Shown here piece after piece: positions 37,455 to 46,921 of a stretch of DNA of 64,000 nt. Numbering within the stretch: the first letter of the stretch is position 1; each line of letters starts with the position of its first letter. Both the position numbers and the translations under genes were made by a program. Under the pieces are notes generated by a model. The model had not been told where the DNA came from, made no database searches, and was given only the letters and a program-made list of their open reading frames with translations. Origin of the DNA: a virus; IMG/VR virus record IMGVR_UViG_3300044724_004793, positions 46,871 through 110,870 of that record; one strand, written 5' to 3'.

Positions 37455-38504
37455 ATGGAATACGTTCTTATCAAGTCAGGCACATATCAGAAACTGCAAA
37501 TTGCAGACAAGGTATTTCCTGTTGTTAAACAGTTTAAGACAGGTGCTCGTGGATCATACATTACTGTAGACGGCGCCACACTAGGCACCGATTATGCCCG
37601 GCCTGTTCGCATCAAATGTGCTGCTGATGACATTGTTGCTGTAGAGCAGGATGCATTTGATCGTCAGCTTGGCGCACATAATGTCAACCAGGATATCAAG
37701 GTAGCAGGTAAGAAGGAGTATACTGCTGAAGATGATGAGAAGCGCATGGCGGAGATTGAAGAGCGTTTTGAAATCCTAAACGAAATGACAGGTGCTCTTA
37801 AGAGCGGCGACATCCGTGCGTTAATTGTTACAGGCCCCCCAGGCGTTGGCAAGAGTTACGGTGTTACTCAGACTCTTGAAGAGCAGAGCATCTTTGAGGA
37901 CGTTAGTAGCAAGCGTCGCAAGTTTGAAGTTGTTAAGGGCGCAATGACTGCTCTGGGCTTGTATGCCAAGCTATATGAATTCAGCGACAAGGGCAGCGTC
38001 ATTGTGTTTGATGACTGTGATAGTGTTTTGTTGGACGACTTGGCACTGAACATTCTCAAGGCTGCACTGGATTCAGGTAAGAAGCGTAAGATCTTCTGGA
38101 ACGCAGATTCATCTAAGTTACGCAATGAGGGTATTCCTGATAGCTTTGAATTTAAAGGTACTGCTTGCTTCATTACAAACATTAAATTTGAGAATGTTCG
38201 TAGCAAGCGATTGCAGGATCACTTGGAAGCACTTAGCAGTCGTTGTCACTATCTAGATCTTACGCTAGATACAATGCGTGACAAGTACCTGCGTATCAAA
38301 CAGATTGCACGTACTGGTAAACTCTGGGGCGACGATTACGGGTTTAACAAAGAAGAAGAACAGGAAATTCTTGAATTTATGTATGACAACCGTACCAAGT
38401 TACGTGAGATGAGCTTGCGTATGGCACTAAAGATTGCGGATCTTAAAAAGATCTCAGAAAAGTGGCGTTCACTTGCAGAAAGTACTTGCATGCGGCGGGC
38501 GTAA
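37455..38504 (+). CDS. AAA+ ATPase
   Basis: GPPGVGKS, IVFDDCD, FITN, ALSSR; GAGGAG RBS. Confidence 0.85.
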   Translation: MEYVLIKSGTYQKLQIADKVFPVVKQFKTGARGSYITVDGATLGTDYARPVRIKCAADDIVAVEQDAFDRQLGAHNVNQDIKVAGKKEYTAEDDEKRMAEIEERFEILNEMTGALKSGDIRALIVTGPPGVGKSYGVTQTLEEQSIFEDVSSKRRKFEVVKGAMTALGLYAKLYEFSDKGSVIVFDDCDSVLLDDLALNILKAALDSGKKRKIFWNADSSKLRNEGIPDSFEFKGTACFITNIKFENVRSKRLQDHLEALSSRCHYLDLTLDTMRDKYLRIKQIARTGKLWGDDYGFNKEEEQEILEFMYDNRTKLREMSLRMALKIADLKKISEKWRSLAESTCMRRA

Positions 38505-38514
38505 GTAGTATAAT
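38486..38514 (+). promoter_or_regulatory. sigma70-like promoter TTGCAT-17-TATAAT for the candidate sRNA
   Basis: Read directly; no ORF between it and the terminator. Confidence 0.6.
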
Positions 38515-38519
38515 TAAGT

Positions 38520-38608
38520 TATAGGTTTAGTGTCACACTCCTCTCCTCCTCCAGATACTAAATCTTAGGCAGGGTGTTTACATTAAGTAGACACCCTGCC
38601 ACCCTTTT
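38520..38608 (+). ncRNA. Candidate small RNA with anti-Shine-Dalgarno-like loop
   Basis: 12-bp stem 38523-38534/38554-38565 around loop ACACTCCTCTCCTCCTCCA, then 14-bp hairpin 38568-38600 and ACCCTTTT. Confidence 0.55.
38568..38608 (+). terminator. Terminator-like hairpin
   Basis: GGCAGGGTGTTTAC-attaa-GTAGACACCCTGCC followed by ACCCTTTT. Confidence 0.7.
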
Positions 38609-38623
38609 GTGTATACTAATATT

Positions 38624-39244
38624 ATGAAAATAGCGGTAGGCGATAGTTTTACATATGGAGAAGAGCTAGCTGACAGAACTCAGGCCTGGCCCAGTCTACT
38701 AGGCTACGATAACCATGGCATGCAGGGTGCTAGTAATGAATATATTTTCCGTAAGGCCGCAGAACTAGCGCCTGATGCTGACAACATGATTGTCGCCTGG
38801 AGTGATAGTGGAAGATATGAACTTTATACACATAATAAAGTTAATGTCGCACAAGGATATTTTAAACACCAAGGCATAATACAAGTTAATCCATCATGGA
38901 TCAAACTTAACAGTTGGTTTAAAGACTTATATGCCAAATATACAGACGAACATCATCAGTTTTTAAAAACTGTACTGTACATGGTTGCTCTTCAAGATGT
39001 GTTAGCAGCCAATCAGGTAGATTACTATTATTGTAGTGCGTTTGGAAACCAAGAAATGCTTGTTAAATATGCAGACGATCCAGTTTTAAACCCCTGGATA
39101 GGTAGATTAAATACTGATAGATTCATAGGCTTTCCTAAATATGGATTAGTAGAATGGGCATACGGAACACCGCAAGGGCCTAATGGACACCCATTGGAAC
39201 TAGGACACAGAAAGATAGCAGATGAACTTTTTAAATATATCTGA
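38624..39244 (+). CDS. SGNH-like protein
   Basis: VGDSFTYG, NHGMQGASN, AWSDSGR, GHPLELGH; TATACT 6 nt upstream of ATG. Confidence 0.6.
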   Translation: MKIAVGDSFTYGEELADRTQAWPSLLGYDNHGMQGASNEYIFRKAAELAPDADNMIVAWSDSGRYELYTHNKVNVAQGYFKHQGIIQVNPSWIKLNSWFKDLYAKYTDEHHQFLKTVLYMVALQDVLAANQVDYYYCSAFGNQEMLVKYADDPVLNPWIGRLNTDRFIGFPKYGLVEWAYGTPQGPNGHPLELGHRKIADELFKYI

Positions 39245-40268
39245 TATTCGCAGTGCAAACGTAGAAATTTCTACCAATTGCAATGCGGCATGTCCACTAT
39301 GCCCCCGCAACTACAATGGCTATGGTGTCAGGGATAACTTTCCCTTGCGAGATATGAGCTTGCCAGAGTTCTGCACTCTATTAGATCCTGTATTAAACCA
39401 TCCAGAGTTTACACTAAGCCTATGTGGCACGTATGGTGATCCATGTGCTAACAAACATGTCATGGATATATTAGACTATGTGGACACGAATTATCCACAT
39501 GTAGAGATTATACTCAGCAGCAATGCTAGTATGAAAACTACAACCTGGTGGGCCAGACTTGCCCGGTTTAAAAATCTTAAGATTGAATTTGCACTAGACG
39601 GGCTAGCAGATACCCATAGTACGTACAGGCAGAATACTGACTGGTATAAAGTTATTGCTAATGCTCGGGCATATATCAGCGCAGGTGGATATGCTATATG
39701 GCAATTCATCGAGTTTGAACATAACAAGCATCAGTTCGACGAGTGTAAACAGCTATCTAAACATCTTGGATTTGCAGAGTTTAAACATTTTGATGATAAT
39801 CGTAGTACGGGTATTGCATTCAAACCAGATGGAACTCCTTTTATTCTGGGCAATGCCCCAGAACAATCTATGACAGCAACCCAGTTTGTTGAACAGGAAA
39901 AGTATCTACAAAAGCAATACGAAAACGATAGTCAAACTGAGTATGAACGTGATCTAGACGTTGACACAATAGAGTGTTATAGCCAAGCTGGAAATATATA
40001 TGTTGCTGTTAATGGGGATATATGGCCTTGCTGTTGGTTAGGCGGTACATTTCCTATGACTAGTGATAGTGATAATGGCTGGCAGGTTAAAAAACTTCCA
40101 CTAGTATTAAATGGTTTGGAGTATAGTTTACAGGAAATTATAGACAGTTGGTCTCACATAGAAAATACATGGACATCAGATCAGCCCTTGAGTACATGCA
40201 CAAAAACTTGTGGTAAATGTCAAGATTACGATGGTATGCAACCTGTTGGAGTAAACACAATATTATGA
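39222..40268 (+). CDS. Radical SAM/SPASM protein
   Basis: CNAACPLC, GTYGDP, ALDG, PCC, CTKTC. Confidence 0.85.
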   Translation: MNFLNISDIRSANVEISTNCNAACPLCPRNYNGYGVRDNFPLRDMSLPEFCTLLDPVLNHPEFTLSLCGTYGDPCANKHVMDILDYVDTNYPHVEIILSSNASMKTTTWWARLARFKNLKIEFALDGLADTHSTYRQNTDWYKVIANARAYISAGGYAIWQFIEFEHNKHQFDECKQLSKHLGFAEFKHFDDNRSTGIAFKPDGTPFILGNAPEQSMTATQFVEQEKYLQKQYENDSQTEYERDLDVDTIECYSQAGNIYVAVNGDIWPCCWLGGTFPMTSDSDNGWQVKKLPLVLNGLEYSLQEIIDSWSHIENTWTSDQPLSTCTKTCGKCQDYDGMQPVGVNTIL

Positions 40269-40969
40269 AACTTTTAACCAACGGCTGTAGTTTTACACAG
40301 GGCATATACGATAACTTTGAAGAGCAGGATGCATGGCCATATCAGTTAGGCAAACTACTAGACTGGGATGTGGTAAATCTAGCTGAAGGAGGCGGAAGCA
40401 ATGCTAGAATATTCCGTACTACCATGGAATACCTTTTAGATAATACACCAGATTACGTTGCAATAGCATGGACGCAAACTGATAGATATGAGCTTCCTTA
40501 TCACACAGGAGATATTATTAGGATAATGCATGGTATGGCAATGCCTGAGTATGATGAATCTGTTACTGATATTCCTGAACTACGTGAATTTTGGTACCGC
40601 CACTGTGATAATAACCTTGCAGGTTTAGCTAGAACAGTGTATTATATAAGAAGTTTAGTGATGTTATTAGAAGCTAGGATGATTCCGTATACGATGTGCT
40701 GGGGGTTGCAATGTGATTATATTACTCAGTTGCAAACACCCAGTCATCCAATGTGCAAGGACTTTCCTGAAGCCAGAGCCCAACAACTAGCAGGCGAGAT
40801 TGAGAAGTTGCAAACCGCCAATTGGGTAATGTGGGGCTCAAGCATGGAGCAGTATTTGGATGATATGCCAAAAGCTGATATATGGGGTCATCCTAGTAGA
40901 GCAGGGCATACTAAATGGGCAAACTTAATGTTGGAGAGCGTAAATGAAACCTTGCATAATACACGTTAA
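40265..40969 (+). CDS. SGNH-like protein
   Basis: NGCSFTQG, NLAEGGGSN, AWT..DR, GHPSRAGH. Confidence 0.6.
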   Translation: MKLLTNGCSFTQGIYDNFEEQDAWPYQLGKLLDWDVVNLAEGGGSNARIFRTTMEYLLDNTPDYVAIAWTQTDRYELPYHTGDIIRIMHGMAMPEYDESVTDIPELREFWYRHCDNNLAGLARTVYYIRSLVMLLEARMIPYTMCWGLQCDYITQLQTPSHPMCKDFPEARAQQLAGEIEKLQTANWVMWGSSMEQYLDDMPKADIWGHPSRAGHTKWANLMLESVNETLHNTR

Positions 40970-42401
40970 AGATGAAGTTAACTGTAAGTTAGAAGGCTTG
41001 GACTTAGATACTCGCAAGAAACTGAGTAACAGGTTTAAGTTTGACATTCCAGGCGCACGTTATATGCCAGCAGTACGCCTGGGTCGGTGGGATGGCAAGG
41101 TGGCCTTCTTTCAATTGGGAGGTAGTACCTATATCAACTTGCTACCAGAGATACTTCCCATACTAGCAAGTGACGGGTATGACATCACGCTTAATGATAC
41201 CCGTGACTATGAAGTTGACTACACATTAGAGCCAGTAACAGAAGAGAGTTATGCCGAATACGTATGGCCTGATAAACATCCAGCTGCAGGGCAACCTATT
41301 ATGTTGCGGGACTATCAGGTTGAAGTAATTAATGGGTTTCTCAGTAACCCTCAGAGCTTGCAGGAAGTAGCAACTGGAGCAGGCAAAACTCTTATAACAG
41401 CCGTGTTGAGTCATAGATGCGAGCAACACGGACGCACGGTTATTATAGTGCCCAACAAAAGCCTGGTAACACAGACTGAAGCAGACTACGTTAACATGGG
41501 TCTTGATGTAGGTGTATATTATGGTGACCGTAAAGAATTTGGCAAAACACATACAATTTGTACTTGGCAGAGTTTAAATATACTATTAAAGAATACTAAG
41601 AATCAAATAGCACCTATCAGCATACAAGAGTTCTTAGAGGATGTTGTATGCATAATGGTGGATGAAGTGCACATGGCTAAAGCAGATGCCCTTAAAACAC
41701 TGCTAACAGGCGTAATGAGTCAGATACCTATACGTTGGGGACTAACAGGAACAATACCCAAAGAGAAGTTTGAAAGCGTAAGCCTACTGTGTAGTTTGGG
41801 GCCTGTAACACATAGTATTACGGCTAGTGAACTCCAGGACAAAGGAGTTCTTGCAAATTGTGAAGTTAATGTGTTACAATTATTAGACACTAAAGAATAT
41901 ACAAACTATCAGAGCGAGCTTAAATACTTACTAGAGCAGACTGATAGATTAGACTATATTGCAAAGACAATAGAACAAATTAAACTCACAGGCAACACAT
42001 TAGTATTGGTTGATAGAATTAATGCAGGAAAAGAACTTGAAAGAAGGATTTCGTCTTCCGTATTTGTTAGCGGTGGAACGAAGGCACAGGAGCGCAAGGA
42101 CCATTATGATGAGGTGGCTGATGCAACTGATAAGGTTATTATTGCGACTTATGGTGTTGCTAGTGTGGGTATTAATATACCCCGTGTATTTAATCTGGTT
42201 CTTATTGAGCCGGGCAAGAGCTTCGTCAGAGTTATCCAAAGCATCGGAAGAGGTATTAGAAAAGCCGACGACAAAGACTTTGTCCAGATATGGGATGTTA
42301 CGTCGACCTGCAGATTTGCCAAGAGGCACCTTACGCAACGTAAAAAATTCTACAAAGAAGCGAAATACCCGTACAACGTTCAGAAAATAGATTGGAATTA
42401 A
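40944..42401 (+). CDS. uvsW: SF2 DNA helicase UvsW
   Basis: LRDYQ, ATGAGKT, VDEVH, GLTGT, QSIGRGIR. Confidence 0.92.
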   Translation: MKPCIIHVKDEVNCKLEGLDLDTRKKLSNRFKFDIPGARYMPAVRLGRWDGKVAFFQLGGSTYINLLPEILPILASDGYDITLNDTRDYEVDYTLEPVTEESYAEYVWPDKHPAAGQPIMLRDYQVEVINGFLSNPQSLQEVATGAGKTLITAVLSHRCEQHGRTVIIVPNKSLVTQTEADYVNMGLDVGVYYGDRKEFGKTHTICTWQSLNILLKNTKNQIAPISIQEFLEDVVCIMVDEVHMAKADALKTLLTGVMSQIPIRWGLTGTIPKEKFESVSLLCSLGPVTHSITASELQDKGVLANCEVNVLQLLDTKEYTNYQSELKYLLEQTDRLDYIAKTIEQIKLTGNTLVLVDRINAGKELERRISSSVFVSGGTKAQERKDHYDEVADATDKVIIATYGVASVGINIPRVFNLVLIEPGKSFVRVIQSIGRGIRKADDKDFVQIWDVTSTCRFAKRHLTQRKKFYKEAKYPYNVQKIDWN

Positions 42402-42410
42402 CATGCGAGA
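42386..42410 (+). repeat. Direct repeat copy 1 (25 bp, 1 mismatch)
   Basis: AATAGATTGGAATTAACATGCGAGA. Confidence 0.85.
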
Positions 42411-43047
42411 GACTATGTTATTGAACGGGTGCAGTTATGGTGAAGTCTGGGAAGATTTTCCAGGGGTTAACCTGAGCAAGAGCGGTGGCAGTTTTATTCG
42501 TAGTATTAGGACAACAATGGAATGGATTGTTAGAAATAAAACTAAGCCAATCTATGTTTTTATTCCAATAACACACGTTAGTAGATTCGAAAAATCTTAT
42601 ATTATGAAACAGAATATTCCTGTAGAAGGATCATACTTTACTAACACACCCGATGATTACGCTACCTATACAAGTAAACTTTCAGACAGTTGTTATATGC
42701 AATGGGATTATGCGTTTATGAATATTATTATGTTTAGCAGTTGGTTAGAACAACAAAAAATAAAATATTTATTCTGGGACCAATGTAATATGTTTGACAA
42801 AAAACACATACGCGGCTTTAACGGCATGGAAAAACTAAAACTTGTAGAGCAAAATAAAAGAATAATACCTCTTTTTGAATTCTGTGGTAACCAGTATATG
42901 TATGAAAACGGAGGTAAATGGTTTGATGACGACATTAAGTATGAACCCAGTATGAGGCATTACAAAAACGAATCCTATGTGATTTTAAAAGATTACCTGG
43001 ATGTATATACAAAACAAAATTTACACGAAACAATAGATTGGGATTAA
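42403..43047 (+). CDS. SGNH-like protein flanked by direct repeats
   Basis: NGCSYG, NLSKSGGS..R, RFE, C-terminal His. Confidence 0.55.
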   Translation: MRETMLLNGCSYGEVWEDFPGVNLSKSGGSFIRSIRTTMEWIVRNKTKPIYVFIPITHVSRFEKSYIMKQNIPVEGSYFTNTPDDYATYTSKLSDSCYMQWDYAFMNIIMFSSWLEQQKIKYLFWDQCNMFDKKHIRGFNGMEKLKLVEQNKRIIPLFEFCGNQYMYENGGKWFDDDIKYEPSMRHYKNESYVILKDYLDVYTKQNLHETIDWD

Positions 43048-43056
43048 CATGCGAGA
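43032..43056 (+). repeat. Direct repeat copy 2
   Basis: AATAGATTGGGATTAACATGCGAGA. Confidence 0.85.
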
Positions 43057-43062
43057 ACATAA

Positions 43063-43563
43063 ATGAGAATATTAACATTAGAAGACACAGCATTTGAGAT
43101 GAACGAGCTACCTGAAGAGATCGATGATTTAAGGTTTGCTATATTAGATAATTCAGATCCTGTTAACCCCGATTATTTCTTTATTCCATTAATCTTTCTT
43201 GAGAGTTTCAACAGTCCTGCACTTGTACTAGACGTAGCAGGGCATCAGATTAAACTGCCAGTTGATTGGAAAATCCTAATTGGTGAGAAAGAAATTGGTG
43301 ATTTGGAAATGATCAATCTTAGTAGCCTTAACGATAGAGGATTTTTTGCGTTTAGTTTTAATCCATTAAGCAGCTACAAAGCAGACTACTTGCCAGTTAA
43401 TATTATAGATCTATATAGTGATGTCAAATGGTATTTTCCCAAACTTAAACAAGGACAGATGTTAGCCATTCCCATTGAAACGGGTGATAAGCCAATGTGT
43501 ATCTACTGTGCTAAAGAGATCAATCGCCAAACTGAAATTGTGGATATCACAAAGGCCTGGTAA
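43063..43563 (+). CDS. Hypothetical protein (replication cluster)
   Basis: ORF track; lies between uvsW and the clamp-loader-like gene. Confidence 0.6.
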   Translation: MRILTLEDTAFEMNELPEEIDDLRFAILDNSDPVNPDYFFIPLIFLESFNSPALVLDVAGHQIKLPVDWKILIGEKEIGDLEMINLSSLNDRGFFAFSFNPLSSYKADYLPVNIIDLYSDVKWYFPKLKQGQMLAIPIETGDKPMCIYCAKEINRQTEIVDITKAW

Positions 43564-43871
43564 TGAACTACGACAAGTGGGCAGGGCCCGACACAAAACT
43601 TATTGTGCGAGAGGACTATAGGGTATATTATTATATGATAGACCCACAAAGTAGTACACATCGTAGTTATATTAAACTTGTGCAGGAAAGAGTGGACAAT
43701 TATTTTAAGGACAAGGGCATACCAGTTACCCGAAAGATACACACAACAGCAAACGGCAACCGCATGATGTGGATAAACTTTGGAGATTTAAATGACAGTC
43801 ATATGTTTTATATGGCACTGGGAGAACATATAGACACCCGTGGAGTTACGTTTGAGCGATTTACATCTTAA
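43563..43871 (+). CDS. Hypothetical protein
   Basis: TAATG coupling; ORF track. Confidence 0.5.
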   Translation: MNYDKWAGPDTKLIVREDYRVYYYMIDPQSSTHRSYIKLVQERVDNYFKDKGIPVTRKIHTTANGNRMMWINFGDLNDSHMFYMALGEHIDTRGVTFERFTS

Positions 43872-44295
43872 TACAGTATTAGGTGCACTTGATCAGAAAG
43901 ATATGAAGTTCTGGGATCGTTGCACTACTGAGCAACAGAAGAAGATTGCTCCTTTCCTGCTGAACAGATACATGAGTCTAGTCAAAGGCAACCAAGAGCT
44001 CGCGGCATATTATCTTATAGCTACCAATCAGCGTGTCAACACAAGTTACTTTGCACTCAGTAAGCATCCTAAACTGGTATGGCAATTGTTGTGTACAGTG
44101 AGTCCTGGCATGGGAAAACAATTCCACCAATGGGTAGGCAACAAGAAAAAAGGTGCTAGCAGTAAAGGCTTATCTGATATACGTAAGCAACTGTCAGTGA
44201 TATATCCTAATATGAAAGAGGATGAGCTTGATCTTATGTCTACTATCACTACTAAGAAAGAACTTAAAGAACTTGCCAAGGCATCTGGGGAATGA
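43852..44295 (+). CDS. Clamp loader small subunit-like (T4 gp62-like)
   Basis: PFLLNRYMS...N...HPKL pattern; probable TTG start at 43852 after GGAG. Confidence 0.55.
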   Translation: MSDLHLNTVLGALDQKDMKFWDRCTTEQQKKIAPFLLNRYMSLVKGNQELAAYYLIATNQRVNTSYFALSKHPKLVWQLLCTVSPGMGKQFHQWVGNKKKGASSKGLSDIRKQLSVIYPNMKEDELDLMSTITTKKELKELAKASGE

Positions 44296-45023
44296 GTGAC
44301 TTAACCAATATTATAGTAGATGCAATAACAAATCGTAAAACAGAAGACAAAGAGTATGTGTGTCAGTTTTGCAACAAGTCGTATCGTAAAGAGAGTACGT
44401 TAACTGCACATCTATGTGAAAGCAAGCGTAGAGCACAACAGGAAAAAGAGCCTGGAGTGCAGATAGGATTACAAGCATACTTGAGATTCTATGAGATGAC
44501 CCAGGGTAGTTCTAAACTAAAGACATATGCAGACTTTAGTACTAGTCAATACTATAATGCATTTGTTAAATTTGGCAGGCATTGTCAATCCATACGTGCT
44601 ATTAATATTCGTGGATTTATCGACTTTGTTATTAAAGAAAATAAAAAACTAGATTGGTGGACCAAGGATGAAATCTACCAAACATTTTTAGCAGGAAATC
44701 TTCGTAAAGAGAGTGTGCAGGATGCACTAGAGCGAAGTCTAAATACTATGACAGCATGGGCTGACGAGAATGATACAGTATTTAATTATTACTTCTCACA
44801 CGCTAATACAAATCGTATTGTGCATGATATTACCAGTGGTAGAATAAGTAGCTGGGTAATATTTAACAGCGCCACTGGCATTGAGATGCTAGATACATTA
44901 AATGGCGAACAGATAGAGATGGTCTTCCCTTACATTGATCCAGATTTTTGGAAACGTAAGTTTGTTGATTACTTTGCAGACACGGAATGGGTCAAACATA
45001 TACTTGGTGAGGCAAAATTATGA
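44292..45023 (+). CDS. Hypothetical protein with N-terminal C2H-type zinc finger
   Basis: YVCQFCNKSYRKESTLTAHLC. Confidence 0.6.
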   Translation: MSDLTNIIVDAITNRKTEDKEYVCQFCNKSYRKESTLTAHLCESKRRAQQEKEPGVQIGLQAYLRFYEMTQGSSKLKTYADFSTSQYYNAFVKFGRHCQSIRAINIRGFIDFVIKENKKLDWWTKDEIYQTFLAGNLRKESVQDALERSLNTMTAWADENDTVFNYYFSHANTNRIVHDITSGRISSWVIFNSATGIEMLDTLNGEQIEMVFPYIDPDFWKRKFVDYFADTEWVKHILGEAKL

Positions 45024-46081
45024 TTGCTGTAGATTGTACTTTAGACGATTGCTATAGTTCGCAGTTTTTCGATGTTTTATCGTCATATGCTCAAGCTAAC
45101 AATATTGATATTAGTACGGATAAGAAGTTTTATTTAATAGACCATATTACAGAGGATTACCCGCGTGGATATGATTATTACTTAGTAGAAAATGCCGCTG
45201 AACCTATGCATGTATTGGGACCTGCAAAACATTTTGTAGATGAACAAAAAGCTGATCTACTAATTGGTAGTTACTTGCACAAAAAACATTTCTTATTTAA
45301 TAGAACTATTAGTTTTCCCAGTGAAACTATTAATTGTAATATGTGGTATACACACCCTTTTTATTTTACTAGTTTGTTATTTAAAAAACAGCATCGGGAT
45401 AAAAATTTAACTTTTATAAATGGTGAAAAAAGAAGTGTAAGACATTACTTTTTAGATCAAGTTTGCGACTATATGGATTTGGTAATCGACAATAATCTAT
45501 CCACAGTCAAAACAAAATTATCTAGATATCATACTGATGCCGACAGGACCTTTGTAAACTACTGTAACAATTTATATGACATAGATAATTCACCTACTAA
45601 ACATATCAGTTTTGATACAATAAATTTTGGCGGAGACTATGGTATCACTAGATTAAGTTATTTTCCTTTACCAGAGTATTTTACAAGTCGTTGTATGGTT
45701 TATCCTGAAACTACTTTTTGTAACTGGGAAATTTATCCTACAGAAAAGACCTGGAAATGTGTAAAAGCAAAAACACACTGGATTATGTTTTCAGGTAGCG
45801 GCAGTTATGAAATTATGCGGGAGGTAGGGTTTAGAAGTATTGTAGAACTATGTCCAGACAACATTAATAATTTTGATATGATAGAAGATCATGTGTTAAG
45901 GATAGAAAAGATTAGTAAATGCTGCGAATATATTTCTAATAACAGCGATATATTTGATAGCTTGGAATCACATGATATCCTAGAATCAAATTATGAAAAC
46001 TTTCATAATCCTATATTAAGTATAGAGCGGTCCATTAAGCCCTTTATTGACAAATATTTAGGAGAGCAAAATGGCCTATAA
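45020..46081 (+). CDS. Putative glycosyltransferase-like protein ('ET...TEKT' family)
   Basis: FING..R.VR, VYPET, PTEKTWK, GFRS. Confidence 0.5.
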   Translation: MIAVDCTLDDCYSSQFFDVLSSYAQANNIDISTDKKFYLIDHITEDYPRGYDYYLVENAAEPMHVLGPAKHFVDEQKADLLIGSYLHKKHFLFNRTISFPSETINCNMWYTHPFYFTSLLFKKQHRDKNLTFINGEKRSVRHYFLDQVCDYMDLVIDNNLSTVKTKLSRYHTDADRTFVNYCNNLYDIDNSPTKHISFDTINFGGDYGITRLSYFPLPEYFTSRCMVYPETTFCNWEIYPTEKTWKCVKAKTHWIMFSGSGSYEIMREVGFRSIVELCPDNINNFDMIEDHVLRIEKISKCCEYISNNSDIFDSLESHDILESNYENFHNPILSIERSIKPFIDKYLGEQNGL

Positions 46082-46496
46082 TCCAGAAATAGACTGGAGT
46101 AAGAATACCGGTATGATGCTAGGACGTTTCCAACCTTGGAACGCAGGTCATCGTGCTATGTTTGAACAGATTGCTAGCCTGCCTAATAGCAATCACAGAG
46201 ATCCAAAGAAGACAACTCCCCGACAAGTTGTCATTATGGTACGTCATCAATCTGATGGTAAGTTTACATTTGATGAAATTAAACAGCAGATCGTTGACGA
46301 TTTAGAACCCGATCATCACGGACGCTATACTATAATGCTTGTACCTAACGTTACTAATATATTCATGGGCAGGCAAGTTGGCTATGATGTTGAACGTATT
46401 GATCTTAAATCTGATATGGAACCAGTAGAAAATAAACTAATAACCAGTGCTGAACGTCAGCATTGGGATCGATCATTTTGGAAAGATAGACAGTGA
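46071..46496 (+). CDS. HIGH-family nucleotidyltransferase-like protein (degenerate copy)
   Basis: LGRFQPWNAGH, VPNVTNI..GRQVGY, ITSA. Confidence 0.6.
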   Translation: MAYNPEIDWSKNTGMMLGRFQPWNAGHRAMFEQIASLPNSNHRDPKKTTPRQVVIMVRHQSDGKFTFDEIKQQIVDDLEPDHHGRYTIMLVPNVTNIFMGRQVGYDVERIDLKSDMEPVENKLITSAERQHWDRSFWKDRQ

Positions 46497-46921
46497 AGAT
46501 TTTAATATTTGGACTACCTGGTAGTGGTAAAAGCACACTAGCAAAACCTTTTGCCGAACTCATAGGCGGAGTATGGATTAATGCTGATCGCGTAAGATCT
46601 CATTACGATGATTGGGATTTTACACCAGAAGGACGCATGCGTCAAGCACAGCGTATGAAACATTTGGCAGACGGAGTTGTAATGGCAGGCAAGATTGCAG
46701 TTGCAGACTTTGTGTGTCCTACGGAAGCGGCTCGTCTTGAGTTTAATCCAGACTACACAGTTTGGATGAATACAATTAATGAGGGTAGATTCGAAGATAC
46801 CAATGCAATGTTTGAACAGCCCCCAACATGCGATTACGTAGTAAGCAAATGGTTTACTGATACTCATGCTCAACTAATGGAAGTTGTCAAAAAATATATG
46901 GATAGGAATACATTACGATGA
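46493..46921 (+). CDS. Adenylylsulfate kinase-like P-loop kinase
   Basis: GLPGSGKSTLA, NADRVR, DFT.EGR.RQ, DFVCP, FEQP. Confidence 0.7.
   Translation: MKILIFGLPGSGKSTLAKPFAELIGGVWINADRVRSHYDDWDFTPEGRMRQAQRMKHLADGVVMAGKIAVADFVCPTEAARLEFNPDYTVWMNTINEGRFEDTNAMFEQPPTCDYVVSKWFTDTHAQLMEVVKKYMDRNTLR

Noticed and set aside
43063-43563. Possible standalone Hint-like fold
   Set aside because: Only a vague beta-strand pattern; it lacks the N-terminal Cys/Ser, TxxH and terminal HN motifs.
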